From: Candidatus Udaeobacter sp.
Lineage (GTDB): Bacteria > Verrucomicrobiota > Verrucomicrobiia > Chthoniobacterales > UBA10450
DNA length: 64,000 nt
Direction of reading: 5' to 3'
Assembly (NCBI GenBank): GCA_035317225.1
Contig: DATHHK010000059.1
Coordinates: forward strand, 4,050 to 68,049
Shown here piece after piece: positions 19,248 to 27,439 of this stretch. Positions within the stretch are counted from its first letter, which is position 1, and each line of letters begins with the position of its first letter. The notes beneath the pieces were generated by a model that searched no databases, was not told the DNA's origin, and was given only the letters and a program-made list of their open reading frames with translations. A program made the position numbers and the translations under genes.

Positions 19248-19275
19248 GAGATTCCTCGACTTCGCTCGGAATGAC
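19248..19275 (-). repeat. single arm of a REP-like element (GTCATTCCGAGCGAAGTCGAGGAATCTC)
   Basis: Fills the 42-nt lpxK / PolDom spacer. About 25 of 31 positions match the left arm of the element at 62254-62367. It explains the spurious plus-strand ORF 19231-19509 (..FLDFARNDK..). Confidence 0.4.
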
Positions 19276-19281
19276 AAACGT

Positions 19282-20472
19282 TCAGGCGAAGAATCGCTCA
19301 GGCGGAAGCACAGGCTGCGGTTTGCAAATTCGCGCCACACAATGTTCCCAGCTTTCGTGGCCGCTAAGGATATCAATTTCCACTCGCAAGAAATAAATGG
19401 GCACCTTCATTTCGGTCTCGGGCAAACGCGGCATGCGCACCGAATCTTTTTCTGTTGTCACGATCATCTCCAAGTCCCTGCGGATACAACGTTTGATGAA
19501 ACTGATTAGCTCCGCTTCGGAATAGTAATGATGATCAATGTAACGCGTGGCCAGATCGACACGCGCACCGAGCTTTGCCAATGCGGCTTCAAAGCTTTCC
19601 GGCGCGGCGATGGCGCTGATCGAGCCGATGAAAGTATCACGTAAACCTTCCAGCGGCACTTTTTCACCTGTGAAGACATTTTGCAGATACAGCGGCTTAT
19701 GCGCGCATTCGATAATCTCGGCGGTGCGATTGTAACGGCGAATGCGCTTCACCAGGGCATCATTCGGTTCGCCGGTGTTTTTCGTGATGAAGATGTAGCT
19801 GGCGCGGCGCAGATTTCGCGGCGCCTCGCGCAGCGTGCCTCGAGGAAGAAGGAATTCATTGCCAAACGGGGCTTGCCGATCCACAAGGACGATGTCCAGC
19901 CGATGTTTGAGATGAAGGTACTGCAAACCGTCATCTAGCAGCAACGTATCAACCTTCCATTTTTCGATGGCAAGCAGACCGCTTTTGACACGGTCTTTGT
20001 CCACGAGGACGATCACGTTCTTCAAGTTATGCGCGAGCATGTAAGGCTCATCCCCGGCAGTACGTGAATCCAGCAAGAGCGATGCGCCGTCGGAGACAAT
20101 CCGCGGAGGATCGGCTTCTCCTTTGTACAGCCGACTTAGCAAACTTCGTTTGCGCGGCACGCTTTTATAACCGCGACTCAGAATTGCCACCCGACGCCCG
20201 CCGGTTTGCAACGCCCGAGCAATTTTTTCGACGATCGGCGTCTTGCCCGTACCTCCGACAGTCAGGTTGCCCACGCTGATCACCAGAACGCCAAGCGCGC
20301 GCTCACGGAAAATTCTTTTCCGGTAAAAATAAAGCCGGAGCTGCACGACTCGATCGTAGACGAAGGAAAGTGCGTAAAGGATCCCGCGTAAAATCGAGGC
20401 GCGAACGCCATGACGGCGTTCGAGCACAACGTCAATTCCAAACTGCTCCAGGTTTTCAAGCCGCCGGCCCAT
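19282..20472 (-). CDS. lpxK: tetraacyldisaccharide 4'-kinase
   Basis: 396 aa with the P-loop [12 protein letters not shown] and LpxK-like length and order of motifs. Confidence 0.85.
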   Translation of the reverse strand: MGRRLENLEQFGIDVVLERRHGVRASILRGILYALSFVYDRVVQLRLYFYRKRIFRERALGVLVISVGNLTVGGTGKTPIVEKIARALQTGGRRVAILSRGYKSVPRKRSLLSRLYKGEADPPRIVSDGASLLLDSRTAGDEPYMLAHNLKNVIVLVDKDRVKSGLLAIEKWKVDTLLLDDGLQYLHLKHRLDIVLVDRQAPFGNEFLLPRGTLREAPRNLRRASYIFITKNTGEPNDALVKRIRRYNRTAEIIECAHKPLYLQNVFTGEKVPLEGLRDTFIGSISAIAAPESFEAALAKLGARVDLATRYIDHHYYSEAELISFIKRCIRRDLEMIVTTEKDSVRMPRLPETEMKVPIYFLRVEIDILSGHESWEHCVARICKPQPVLPPERFFA

Positions 20473-20484
20473 AATAAATGGTGT

Positions 20485-21381
20485 TCAGTGATCAGTAATC
20501 TGTGATCGGATTACATGTGCGCCTCGGTTATCGGCGCGCGTGACGATTGTACGAGACAACAATGGTCGGGCGGCGCGCTTCATTGCCGCAGCGATCCGAT
20601 CTGGATGTTGCAACGTAATGGCGCAGATTGCCGAGCCACTACCGCTAAGGAAGGCGCCAAGCGCACCCGCTTTTTCCGCCGCAGCGATGACGCCAGGAAG
20701 AAACGGCATCAGTTTCGCGCGAAACGGTTGATGAAGGAAATCGACGAATGCGCTCCGCAGATTTTTGTAATTTTTTGAAGCGAAGGCCGCAGTGATTGCA
20801 CACGCGTTTCCACAATTCTCAACCGCTGCGGCATGCGAAATTTTGGATGGCAGGAGCCTGCGCGCTATCGAAGTTCGAATTTCAAGCGCCGGGACCAGTA
20901 AAACGAAATATAGCTGCGGCGAAACTCCAAAGCGCTGAAAGGCTGGGACACCGCGCGTCAGCCGGTCGGCGCGGAGCGCCGATCCTAACACCACCGTAAA
21001 ACCGCCGAAGGTTGCCGGCGCAGCGTTATCGGGATGACCTTCCAATTCGGCGCATAGTTTGAACAGCGTGAATTGATCGAGCGGAGCGCCGCTGAGCCGG
21101 TTAAGGCCATCCAAAATGCCAAGGCGAATGGTTGCGCTGCCGCCCAGACCTCGCGAGCGGGGAATTTCTTCGACGCTTGAAAAAGAAAAACGAAACATAC
21201 GGCAACGGGCCTGTTTAAAAAATCGTCCCGCGGCGTCTGAGACAATTTGCGGGTGGGGTTGTTCCGGCCCCCGACCGCTAGTAACTGTTACGTTGTTGTA
21301 AATGCGCAGTGCGACACCGAGGCAATCGAAACCAGGACCCAGATTTGAGGTGCTCGCCGGAACGCGAACCGTAACTTGCAT
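20485..21381 (-). CDS. thrB: homoserine kinase (GHMP family)
   Basis: MQVTVRVPASTSNLGPGFDCLGVAL plus the GHMP motif SRGLGGSAT. I use ATG 21381 (298 aa). The ORF-track start at 21501 adds 40 non-conserved residues and overlaps the divergent gene. Confidence 0.8.
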   Translation of the reverse strand: MQVTVRVPASTSNLGPGFDCLGVALRIYNNVTVTSGRGPEQPHPQIVSDAAGRFFKQARCRMFRFSFSSVEEIPRSRGLGGSATIRLGILDGLNRLSGAPLDQFTLFKLCAELEGHPDNAAPATFGGFTVVLGSALRADRLTRGVPAFQRFGVSPQLYFVLLVPALEIRTSIARRLLPSKISHAAAVENCGNACAITAAFASKNYKNLRSAFVDFLHQPFRAKLMPFLPGVIAAAEKAGALGAFLSGSGSAICAITLQHPDRIAAAMKRAARPLLSRTIVTRADNRGAHVIRSQITDH

Positions 21382-21440
21382 TCGGAGACAGAGTGTAGCG
21401 ACGCCCAGCTTTAGCGGCAACCGGTCCCTTAGGCTATGCC

Positions 21441-22388
21441 GTGTCGAAAGTATGCCATTGGATATGGGTGATGAGGATGAGTCCTGGCTGGATTGATGCA
21501 AGGTTGTTTCGGGACTTCCAAGCCGAGGGAACGGACGCGCACAGGCTCTGCACGATGGAGGATGGCTGGGTGGAACGGTTTGGGCGTGACGTCGTGATCT
21601 CGTTTACGAGAGTCCCGGTCCGCGAGCGCCTCATTCAGGAATTGAAGGAATGGGCAAGTGACACCCTTTTCAACGTTAGACGCGTTTTCGCTCGCTTCGT
21701 TCCTCGAAAAAGCGAACAACGCGAACCGCCGCGTCTGATATGTGGCGACCAGGCTGAGAATCTACAGGCGATCGCTACAGAGCGACGTTTGAAATTTGGG
21801 ATCGACTTCAATGCGGGCTTCTCTGTGGGCTTGTTTCCCGATCAGAGAGAAAACCGCAGCTATGTCCGTCGGATTGCGCCCAAGCGACTGTTGAATTGCT
21901 TTGCCTACACCTGCTCTTTTTCGGTGAGTGCGGCCCATGTAGGAGCAACCACCCTCAATCTCGACCTTTCCAAAAAATCTCTGGCACGCGGACGCGAGAA
22001 TTTTGCGTTGAACAACCTACCAACACTGGGTCATCGCTTCATCGCCGATGACGTGATGACGATACTGCCGCAGCTAGCGCGTAAAGGCGAGAAGTTTGAT
22101 GTCATTATTCTTGATCCGCCAACTTTTGCGCGTTCGCCCGGAGGAAAGACGTTTCACGTTGAGAACGATTTCGAAAAGTTGCTCGTCGATTCCCTCGAGC
22201 TGACAGAGCGAGACAGCCATGTCCTGATATCGACGAATTGCTCCACGTTGCATGCGCATGCAATGGAAGCCATGGCTCGTTACGGACTCAAGGCTGCGCG
22301 CCGCGCCGGCACGTTTCATCGATCCCCTCCGCTGCCCGATTTCCCACCGGGGACAGGCGCCACCTCTATTTGGCTCACCTTGCGTTGA
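21441..22388 (+). CDS. class I SAM-dependent rRNA methyltransferase, RlmI/RlmK-like
   Basis: ..TDAHRLC..DGWVERFGRDVVISF.., ..LLNCFAYTCSFSVSAA..TTLNLDLS.. and ..FDVIILDPPTFARS.. The start is uncertain (GTG 21441 or a downstream ATG). Confidence 0.75.
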   Translation: MSKVCHWIWVMRMSPGWIDARLFRDFQAEGTDAHRLCTMEDGWVERFGRDVVISFTRVPVRERLIQELKEWASDTLFNVRRVFARFVPRKSEQREPPRLICGDQAENLQAIATERRLKFGIDFNAGFSVGLFPDQRENRSYVRRIAPKRLLNCFAYTCSFSVSAAHVGATTLNLDLSKKSLARGRENFALNNLPTLGHRFIADDVMTILPQLARKGEKFDVIILDPPTFARSPGGKTFHVENDFEKLLVDSLELTERDSHVLISTNCSTLHAHAMEAMARYGLKAARRAGTFHRSPPLPDFPPGTGATSIWLTLR

Positions 22389-22436
22389 CAGGTCGATGCG
22401 CGCAGAGCAGGATCAGAATTCGAATCATTAAACGAA

Positions 22437-22718
22437 ATGGATCGTACATCTGCCGAACTTGCTGCCGAATTTCCGGAACGCGGACTGCATTGGGTGAAAG
22501 AACAGGTCGAGACAGCTCTCAGTGAGACTGAGGATTACGTTCGTGAAAGACCGACGCAGTCGCTTCTGTGCGCATTTATGGCCGGGTACATTTTGAACCG
22601 GTTGCCGCTGGGCCGAATTGTGAGCGGGCTCTTTCGATTGCTCGTCGTAGCATTAAGGCCTGCGATTCTGATCTACGGTGCTGCGAAGCTCTATCAGGCG
22701 TCCCAGGAAGAAAAATGA
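22437..22718 (+). CDS. hypothetical tail-anchored small protein
   Basis: 93 aa with an acidic helical N-terminus and a hydrophobic C-terminal half (..LLCAFMAGYILNRLPLG..LLVVALRPAILIYGAA..). The architecture is reminiscent of ElaB/YqjD-type proteins, but I cannot confirm the family. Confidence 0.45.
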   Translation: MDRTSAELAAEFPERGLHWVKEQVETALSETEDYVRERPTQSLLCAFMAGYILNRLPLGRIVSGLFRLLVVALRPAILIYGAAKLYQASQEEK

Positions 22719-22734
22719 AATGCAGAAGGGCTCG

Positions 22735-22768
22735 CTGAGACGGGTGCCCGTCTCAGGACCTTCGTTTT
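22735..22768. terminator. bidirectional hairpin between convergent genes
   Basis: CTGAGACGGG-tg-CCCGTCTCAG, a perfect 10-nt arm, followed on the plus strand by GACCTTCGTTTTGAT. It lies between the 22718 (+) and 22788 (-) gene ends. Confidence 0.45.
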
Positions 22769-22787
22769 GATACAAGCGCTAGTACGA

Positions 22788-22994
22788 TCACTCCAGCGTG
22801 AACCCAATCTTGAGCGTCACCTGCCAGTGACCGACTTTACCGTTCTCGACATCTCCACGGGTCTCGGTCACCTCAAACCAGCGCATGTTGCGAACGGTCT
22901 TTTCAGCGCGTGCCAGGGCGTTTTTTATCGCCTCTTCAAACCCGCTCGGCGAGGAACCAATCACCTCAATCTTTTTGTAAACATGATCAGACAT
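22788..22994 (-). CDS. dodecin family flavin-binding protein
   Basis: [68 protein letters not shown] is a typical 68-aa dodecin. The ORF-track start at 23018 is 8 codons upstream. Confidence 0.75.
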   Translation of the reverse strand: MSDHVYKKIEVIGSSPSGFEEAIKNALARAEKTVRNMRWFEVTETRGDVENGKVGHWQVTLKIGFTLE

Positions 22995-23126
22995 GCGCCA
23001 ATTATTTCCTGATGACATGTCGAATACAACAAAAAGCGGAGCTTTAGACAGGGTCGGCGCCTATGCCGAGCGGCTTACCACCAAATTTGCTTTACAAACG
23101 CATCGTAATTCCGGCAGCCTCGCGTC

Positions 23127-23642
23127 GTGGGAAAATTCCCGACAATCTCGGTGCTGCTCCTGGCCGCTGCCTCTTGTCTCCGCGCTCAGGATCAAGAGCG
23201 GAAGCTGGTTGATCGTCTGCTGAGGCCCGACATGACTCTGCAAAGCAGCGAACAAAAGAAAAAAATCATCGCTGATGGCACATCGATAAACAAAAAAGCC
23301 AGTGTCGGCACATTTTACGTGGAGAAAAAACCGAATTCTAAAACGTTTTCGAAGAAAGGTGAATTCTCGACACGGCAATTCAATTCGCGGCCTTTCCACG
23401 GCAATCGCCGCGCCTTTGAAAATTCATCGCAGCAAGCTGTCGGCAATTCTCGATTCGCTTATCCAACGCAAACGGCTCGCGGTCCTCGCGATGCGCCTCA
23501 ATCCGACAAAAAGATTGCCAGTCCCGCCTACGCAGAGAACCGGCCTTTTCTAGATCAGGGTAAAAGCCAAAAGTCGCTTAACCGGCAGAACGCGCCGCTC
23601 ACGATCGACCAAGTGCGCGAGTTGTTGAACAAAAACAAGTAG
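23127..23642 (+). CDS. secreted Lys/Gln/Ser-rich hypothetical protein
   Basis: GTG start and signal peptide MGKFPTISVLLLAAASCLRA. The sequence is low-complexity and polar, and I recognise no family. Confidence 0.5.
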   Translation: MGKFPTISVLLLAAASCLRAQDQERKLVDRLLRPDMTLQSSEQKKKIIADGTSINKKASVGTFYVEKKPNSKTFSKKGEFSTRQFNSRPFHGNRRAFENSSQQAVGNSRFAYPTQTARGPRDAPQSDKKIASPAYAENRPFLDQGKSQKSLNRQNAPLTIDQVRELLNKNK

Positions 23643-23671
23643 CGCGCAGGCTGTCCGCGCTATTGTTGATC

Positions 23672-24838
23672 ATGCAGCCGGATGAAGCTCTGGAGTCTCT
23701 CACAGCGCAGGCTGTCCACATAATCAGCCGAGATGAACTGCAGGCTAAGCTTGCCAGCGGAAAGCCACTGCGAGTGAAGCTCGGGGTTGATCCGAGTACG
23801 ACCGATCTGCATCTCGGTCACTCAATCGTGCTCCGAAAACTTCGCCAGTTTCAAGATTTCGGCCATCAGGCCGTTCTTATCATCGGTGATTTCACCGGAA
23901 TGATCGGCGACCCGAGTGGTCGCTCTGCTACTCGGCCTAATTTAACGAGAAAAGAGGTAGCGACGAACGCGCGAACATACTTCGAGCAGGCATTTAAGAT
24001 TCTCGACCCAACTAAGACTGAGACTCACTACAACAGCGAATGGTTTAGCCGAATGAGTTTCCAAAAGGTAGTCCGGCTCACAAGTTACGTAACGCTTCAA
24101 CAAATATTACATCGCGACGACTTCAAAAAACGAATGCGCGAAGAAAAACCTATCCGTTGCCACGAAATTCTATATCCCATCATGCAAGGCTGGGATTCGG
24201 TAATGGTAAAAGCAGATCTAGAGCTCGGAGGAACGGACCAGCTTTTCAACATTTTAATGGGACGCGATCTTCAAAAAGAGGAGGGGCAGCCGCAGCAGGT
24301 CGTTTTTCTGTTGCCGATCCTCGAAGGCATCGACGGTTCAAACAAAATGAGCAAAAGCCTTGGAAACTATGTCGGGATCAACGAACCGCCTTCCGAGATG
24401 TTTGGAAAGCTCATGAGCATTTCCGACGCATTGATGCCGACCTATTACAGCTTGCTTCTAAATAAACCGACACCGCAGATCCATCCGGTGGAGGCGAAGA
24501 AGCAACTCGCTTTCGAAATAGTGCAGACTTACCACTCCGCCAATGCCGCCGAGAAAACACTCAATGAATGGAACGCGCGTTTTAGCGAGAAACGTTTGTC
24601 GGATACCGAGTTGCCGTACTTACGACCTGATAACTATTCGAATTTCGTAGATGTCGTTGGCCACGCATTCCAGAACGCCTTCGGAATCAATAAATCGCGA
24701 ACGCAGATTCGCCGCTTAATCGACCAAGGTAGCGTTCAGCTTGACGGCAAGAAGGTCACCGACCCAAATACAGTAATTCAACTTCGCCCCGGACAGGTTC
24801 TCCGCCTCGACAAGACTCACGCAGTGCGAATCAAGTGA
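23672..24838 (+). CDS. tyrS: tyrosine--tRNA ligase
   Basis: Class I signatures HLGH and KMSKS, plus a C-terminal S4-like domain. ATG 23672 is preferred over the TTG at 23663. Confidence 0.9.
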   Translation: MQPDEALESLTAQAVHIISRDELQAKLASGKPLRVKLGVDPSTTDLHLGHSIVLRKLRQFQDFGHQAVLIIGDFTGMIGDPSGRSATRPNLTRKEVATNARTYFEQAFKILDPTKTETHYNSEWFSRMSFQKVVRLTSYVTLQQILHRDDFKKRMREEKPIRCHEILYPIMQGWDSVMVKADLELGGTDQLFNILMGRDLQKEEGQPQQVVFLLPILEGIDGSNKMSKSLGNYVGINEPPSEMFGKLMSISDALMPTYYSLLLNKPTPQIHPVEAKKQLAFEIVQTYHSANAAEKTLNEWNARFSEKRLSDTELPYLRPDNYSNFVDVVGHAFQNAFGINKSRTQIRRLIDQGSVQLDGKKVTDPNTVIQLRPGQVLRLDKTHAVRIK

Positions 24839-24845
24839 AAACGAA

Positions 24846-24877
24846 GAACGCGAGATTCTTTGGTCTCGCGTTCTTTA
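24846..24877 (+). terminator. intrinsic terminator after tyrS
   Basis: GAACGCGAGA-ttctttgg-TCTCGCGTTC, a perfect 10-bp stem, followed by TTTAT. It could also serve the convergent gene ending at 24897. Confidence 0.6.
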
Positions 24878-24896
24878 TGAGAGAGAGTTGCCTGTC

Positions 24897-25373
24897 TCAG
24901 GCCGTAGCCGTCTGGAACATGGGCAGAACGCGCGAATGTTCGAGGTAGCTGGCTGCGATTCCTTCAAAGTGCGCACGAATACTGCGCAGTTCGGCAGTCA
25001 CAAAGCTATCCACGAAATGGAAGCGCCGATCCAGCCACGCAAACAGCTTGTTCTTAATCTCGTAATGAACAGCGAGAGTAACTTCAGTGCAGTTTGGCCG
25101 AATCTCGGCGAAGTCAACTATGCCCATTAACGTAATATTTCCGCCTACTGACTCAAACGTATATTGATCGGGCGAATCGCTCTCAATCGAGAGCAGGACC
25201 GTGTGTGCCTCGAAGCCGAGCGGACCGCGAAAACTGAAATCGACCGTCTTGGACGAAGTCACAGTAGCCCGCGTTACCATTAAGAACTGCCGCCGGTATG
25301 ATTGAATACTGGCCAGACGCGCCTTGCACTCCGGCACCGGCTGGCTCATGTGTAGGGTTTTTTGTAAGAGCAT
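24897..25373 (-). CDS. hypothetical protein (possibly SRPBCC-like)
   Basis: 158-aa ORF with a beta-rich pattern. The family call is weak. An alternative start is Met-8 (MSQPVPE). Confidence 0.4.
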   Translation of the reverse strand: MLLQKTLHMSQPVPECKARLASIQSYRRQFLMVTRATVTSSKTVDFSFRGPLGFEAHTVLLSIESDSPDQYTFESVGGNITLMGIVDFAEIRPNCTEVTLAVHYEIKNKLFAWLDRRFHFVDSFVTAELRSIRAHFEGIAASYLEHSRVLPMFQTATA

Positions 25374-25500
25374 ATAATAAGCGTTGTTTGCGGGAAAGAG
25401 AGCAACAGCGATGCCATTCTCTTTTCCCAGTAGGGTGCACCCATAACCCCCGTCAATTGTGTTCGTTTTTTTTACACTCCTGTATCAGTGCGACACGCTA

Positions 25501-26148
25501 TCAGCCGATCGTCGAATCAAGCATAAATCGCCAGTCAGCAGGTAATTGGGTAAGGTTTTCCCCTAGTTCGGCAAGTATCGGAACATCAAGAATTTTCCTG
25601 AGAATATCAGCATTTGTTTGGGCGGCGATATCGCCCATTTCCTGAGCGTCATTCAATACAAGCCCAGTACAGTGCAATCCGCGTCCGAGAATATTTTGCA
25701 CAGTGAGAACCGCGTGATTCAGACAACCGAGCCGGTTGTATGCAACGGCCAGGACCGGCACCTTTATCGCAACAGCCAGATCGCTGACGAAATAATTATG
25801 GTGAATCGGGACCATCCAACCGCCGGTCCCTTCAACAATGACGTGTTTGAACCGGTTCTGAAGAGAATGAAAGGCAGCGAGGATATGACCGACATCAATG
25901 TCCACTTTCTCCATCAAACTACCCACGATGGGTGCCGCAGGTGTTTTCAACCAAACCGGATTAACCTCGTCGATCGTCAAGCCGTCACTGCCTGCGGCCA
26001 GCAGAAGTTCTGCATCCCGACGGTCTCCACAGCAGATCGGTTTCATCCCGGCACAGGACGTGCCCGATGCTCGCAACAAATGCAGAAGCCGGGCCGCGGT
26101 AAAGGTCTTGCCTACACCCGTATCCGTCCCGGTGATAAAAAGGCTCAC
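25501..26148 (-). CDS. bioD: dethiobiotin synthase
   Basis: MSLFITGTDTGVGKTFT P-loop. The GTG start overlaps the purQ stop (GTGA). Confidence 0.85.
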   Translation of the reverse strand: MSLFITGTDTGVGKTFTAARLLHLLRASGTSCAGMKPICCGDRRDAELLLAAGSDGLTIDEVNPVWLKTPAAPIVGSLMEKVDIDVGHILAAFHSLQNRFKHVIVEGTGGWMVPIHHNYFVSDLAVAIKVPVLAVAYNRLGCLNHAVLTVQNILGRGLHCTGLVLNDAQEMGDIAAQTNADILRKILDVPILAELGENLTQLPADWRFMLDSTIG

Positions 26149-26879
26149 GCGACCTGCTTCACGCGCTCCGCACCGCCGGTCGCTCGATTCGCGCTAATGG
26201 TTTGCACCATTGACCGGAAGATCTTTGCACCATCCATACTGCCAAGCCGCGCGTCTGATGCGCGATCAGGGTGAGGCATCAGTCCGAACACGTTTCGCTC
26301 GGGATTGCAGATACCGGCGATGTTTTCAATGGATCCATTTGGATTTGCTCCCAGCACAACGCGACCCTCGCTATCGGAGTAGCGCAAAATCACTTGTTGA
26401 TTTGCGTTGAGCTCTTGCAATGTCGCCGCGTCCGCAAAGAAACAGCCTTCGCCGTGCGCCACTGGCAATCGAAGAAGCGAACCCTTCCGACAACCATGTG
26501 TGAATGGTGAGTCATCGACTTCGACGCGAGTAGTAACCATTTCACAGACGAAACGCAGCGAGCGATTGCGAACCAGCGCACCCGGCAAAAGGCCGGCTTC
26601 GCACAGAACCTGAAACCCGTTACAGGTCCCGAGGATGAGCTTGCCCGCCCGCGCATCACCAATCACTGCTTTCATGATTGGCGAAAAACGCGCAATAGCC
26701 CCGCAACGCAAGTAATCGCCGTAAGCAAACCCACCGGGCAAGACAACTGCGTCAAAATCGTCCAGCGAGGTTTCTTTGTGCCAGACGTACTCGGCGTGTA
26801 ATCCGTCGAGTCCATTAATCGCCGCAAGGCAATCCTGATCGCAATTTGAGCCGGGGAACTGAATAACTGCGAATCTCAT
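26145..26879 (-). CDS. purQ: phosphoribosylformylglycinamidine synthase, glutaminase subunit
   Basis: MRFAVIQFPGSNCDQDC..VLPGGFAYGDYLR..GTCNGFQVL..MPHPDR, with the class I amidotransferase triad context. ATG 26879 is preferred over the ORF-track start at 26921. Confidence 0.9.
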   Translation of the reverse strand: MRFAVIQFPGSNCDQDCLAAINGLDGLHAEYVWHKETSLDDFDAVVLPGGFAYGDYLRCGAIARFSPIMKAVIGDARAGKLILGTCNGFQVLCEAGLLPGALVRNRSLRFVCEMVTTRVEVDDSPFTHGCRKGSLLRLPVAHGEGCFFADAATLQELNANQQVILRYSDSEGRVVLGANPNGSIENIAGICNPERNVFGLMPHPDRASDARLGSMDGAKIFRSMVQTISANRATGGAERVKQVA

Positions 26880-26886
26880 CTTAATT

Positions 26887-27066
26887 TCAGCGCGCGGCAC
26901 GCTGCTCGGCGTGATAATCATTGACGACCAGGCACGCGTGAATAATGCCAGGAATCCAGCCTAGCAGTGTCAAAATAAGGCTGAGAAAAAAACTGGCGAT
27001 GCGACCTGTCAAAAGCACCGCAAGGGGTGGCAACACAACACAGAAAAAGTATCGCAGCGCTTTCAT
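26887..27066 (-). CDS. YqaE/Pmp3 (UPF0057) family small membrane proteolipid
   Basis: 59 aa, one residue below the ORF-track cut-off. My translation is MKALRYFFCVVLPPLAVLLTGRIASFFLSLILTLLGWIPGIIHACLVVNDYHAEQRAAR. The LPPLAV and LLGWIPGIIHA motifs are typical of the family. It starts 2 nt after the purS stop and ends 7 nt before the purQ start. Confidence 0.6.
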   Translation of the reverse strand: MKALRYFFCVVLPPLAVLLTGRIASFFLSLILTLLGWIPGIIHACLVVNDYHAEQRAAR

Positions 27067-27068
27067 TT

Positions 27069-27386
27069 TTATTTCCTCGTCTTTGGCTTCTTTGGTTCAG
27101 CCTTGGACGTTGCAGGTTGAGCGTTGAGCGTTTTCTCCCGATCTCCTACACCAATGTTTTGCAGTTCGTAGTCTTCAATTATTGGATTCGAAAGCAAATC
27201 GCGACAGAGATCGCGCAACCGCTTTTCGAGATCGCCGTTTTGCCCGTCGATATCGATCTCCATGTATTTCCCGATTCTCACACTGCGGACTTCCGGAATG
27301 CCCAGATGCTGCATGGCATCACGCACTGCATTACCCTGGGGATCGAGCACCGCAGCTTTCGGCATGACGATGACCTTTGCTTTCAC
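27069..27386 (-). CDS. purS: phosphoribosylformylglycinamidine synthase subunit PurS
   Basis: Only the 3' third of the 226-aa ORF looks like PurS: VKAKVIVMPKAAVLDPQGNAVRDAMQHLGIPEVRSVRIGKYMEIDIDG.., with a basic tail. The start is uncertain (GTG 27386, GTG 27392 or ATG 27365). Confidence 0.8.
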   Translation of the reverse strand: MKAKVIVMPKAAVLDPQGNAVRDAMQHLGIPEVRSVRIGKYMEIDIDGQNGDLEKRLRDLCRDLLSNPIIEDYELQNIGVGDREKTLNAQPATSKAEPKKPKTRK

Positions 27387-27439
27387 CTCCACACCATATT
27401 TGCGTGCGTCCTGCGAACAAGCGCAATTCAAAAACGGGA

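Noticed and set aside
19231-19509. 92-aa plus-strand ORF (MGHYVKRFLDFARNDK..)
   Set aside because: Its start is generated by the REP-like repeat arm, and the rest is antisense to lpxK.
21382-21501. 40-codon N-terminal extension of thrB in the ORF track
   Set aside because: It is Ser-rich and non-conserved, and it overlaps the divergent methyltransferase gene. The canonical ThrB N-terminus begins at the internal Met (MQVTVRVPAST).
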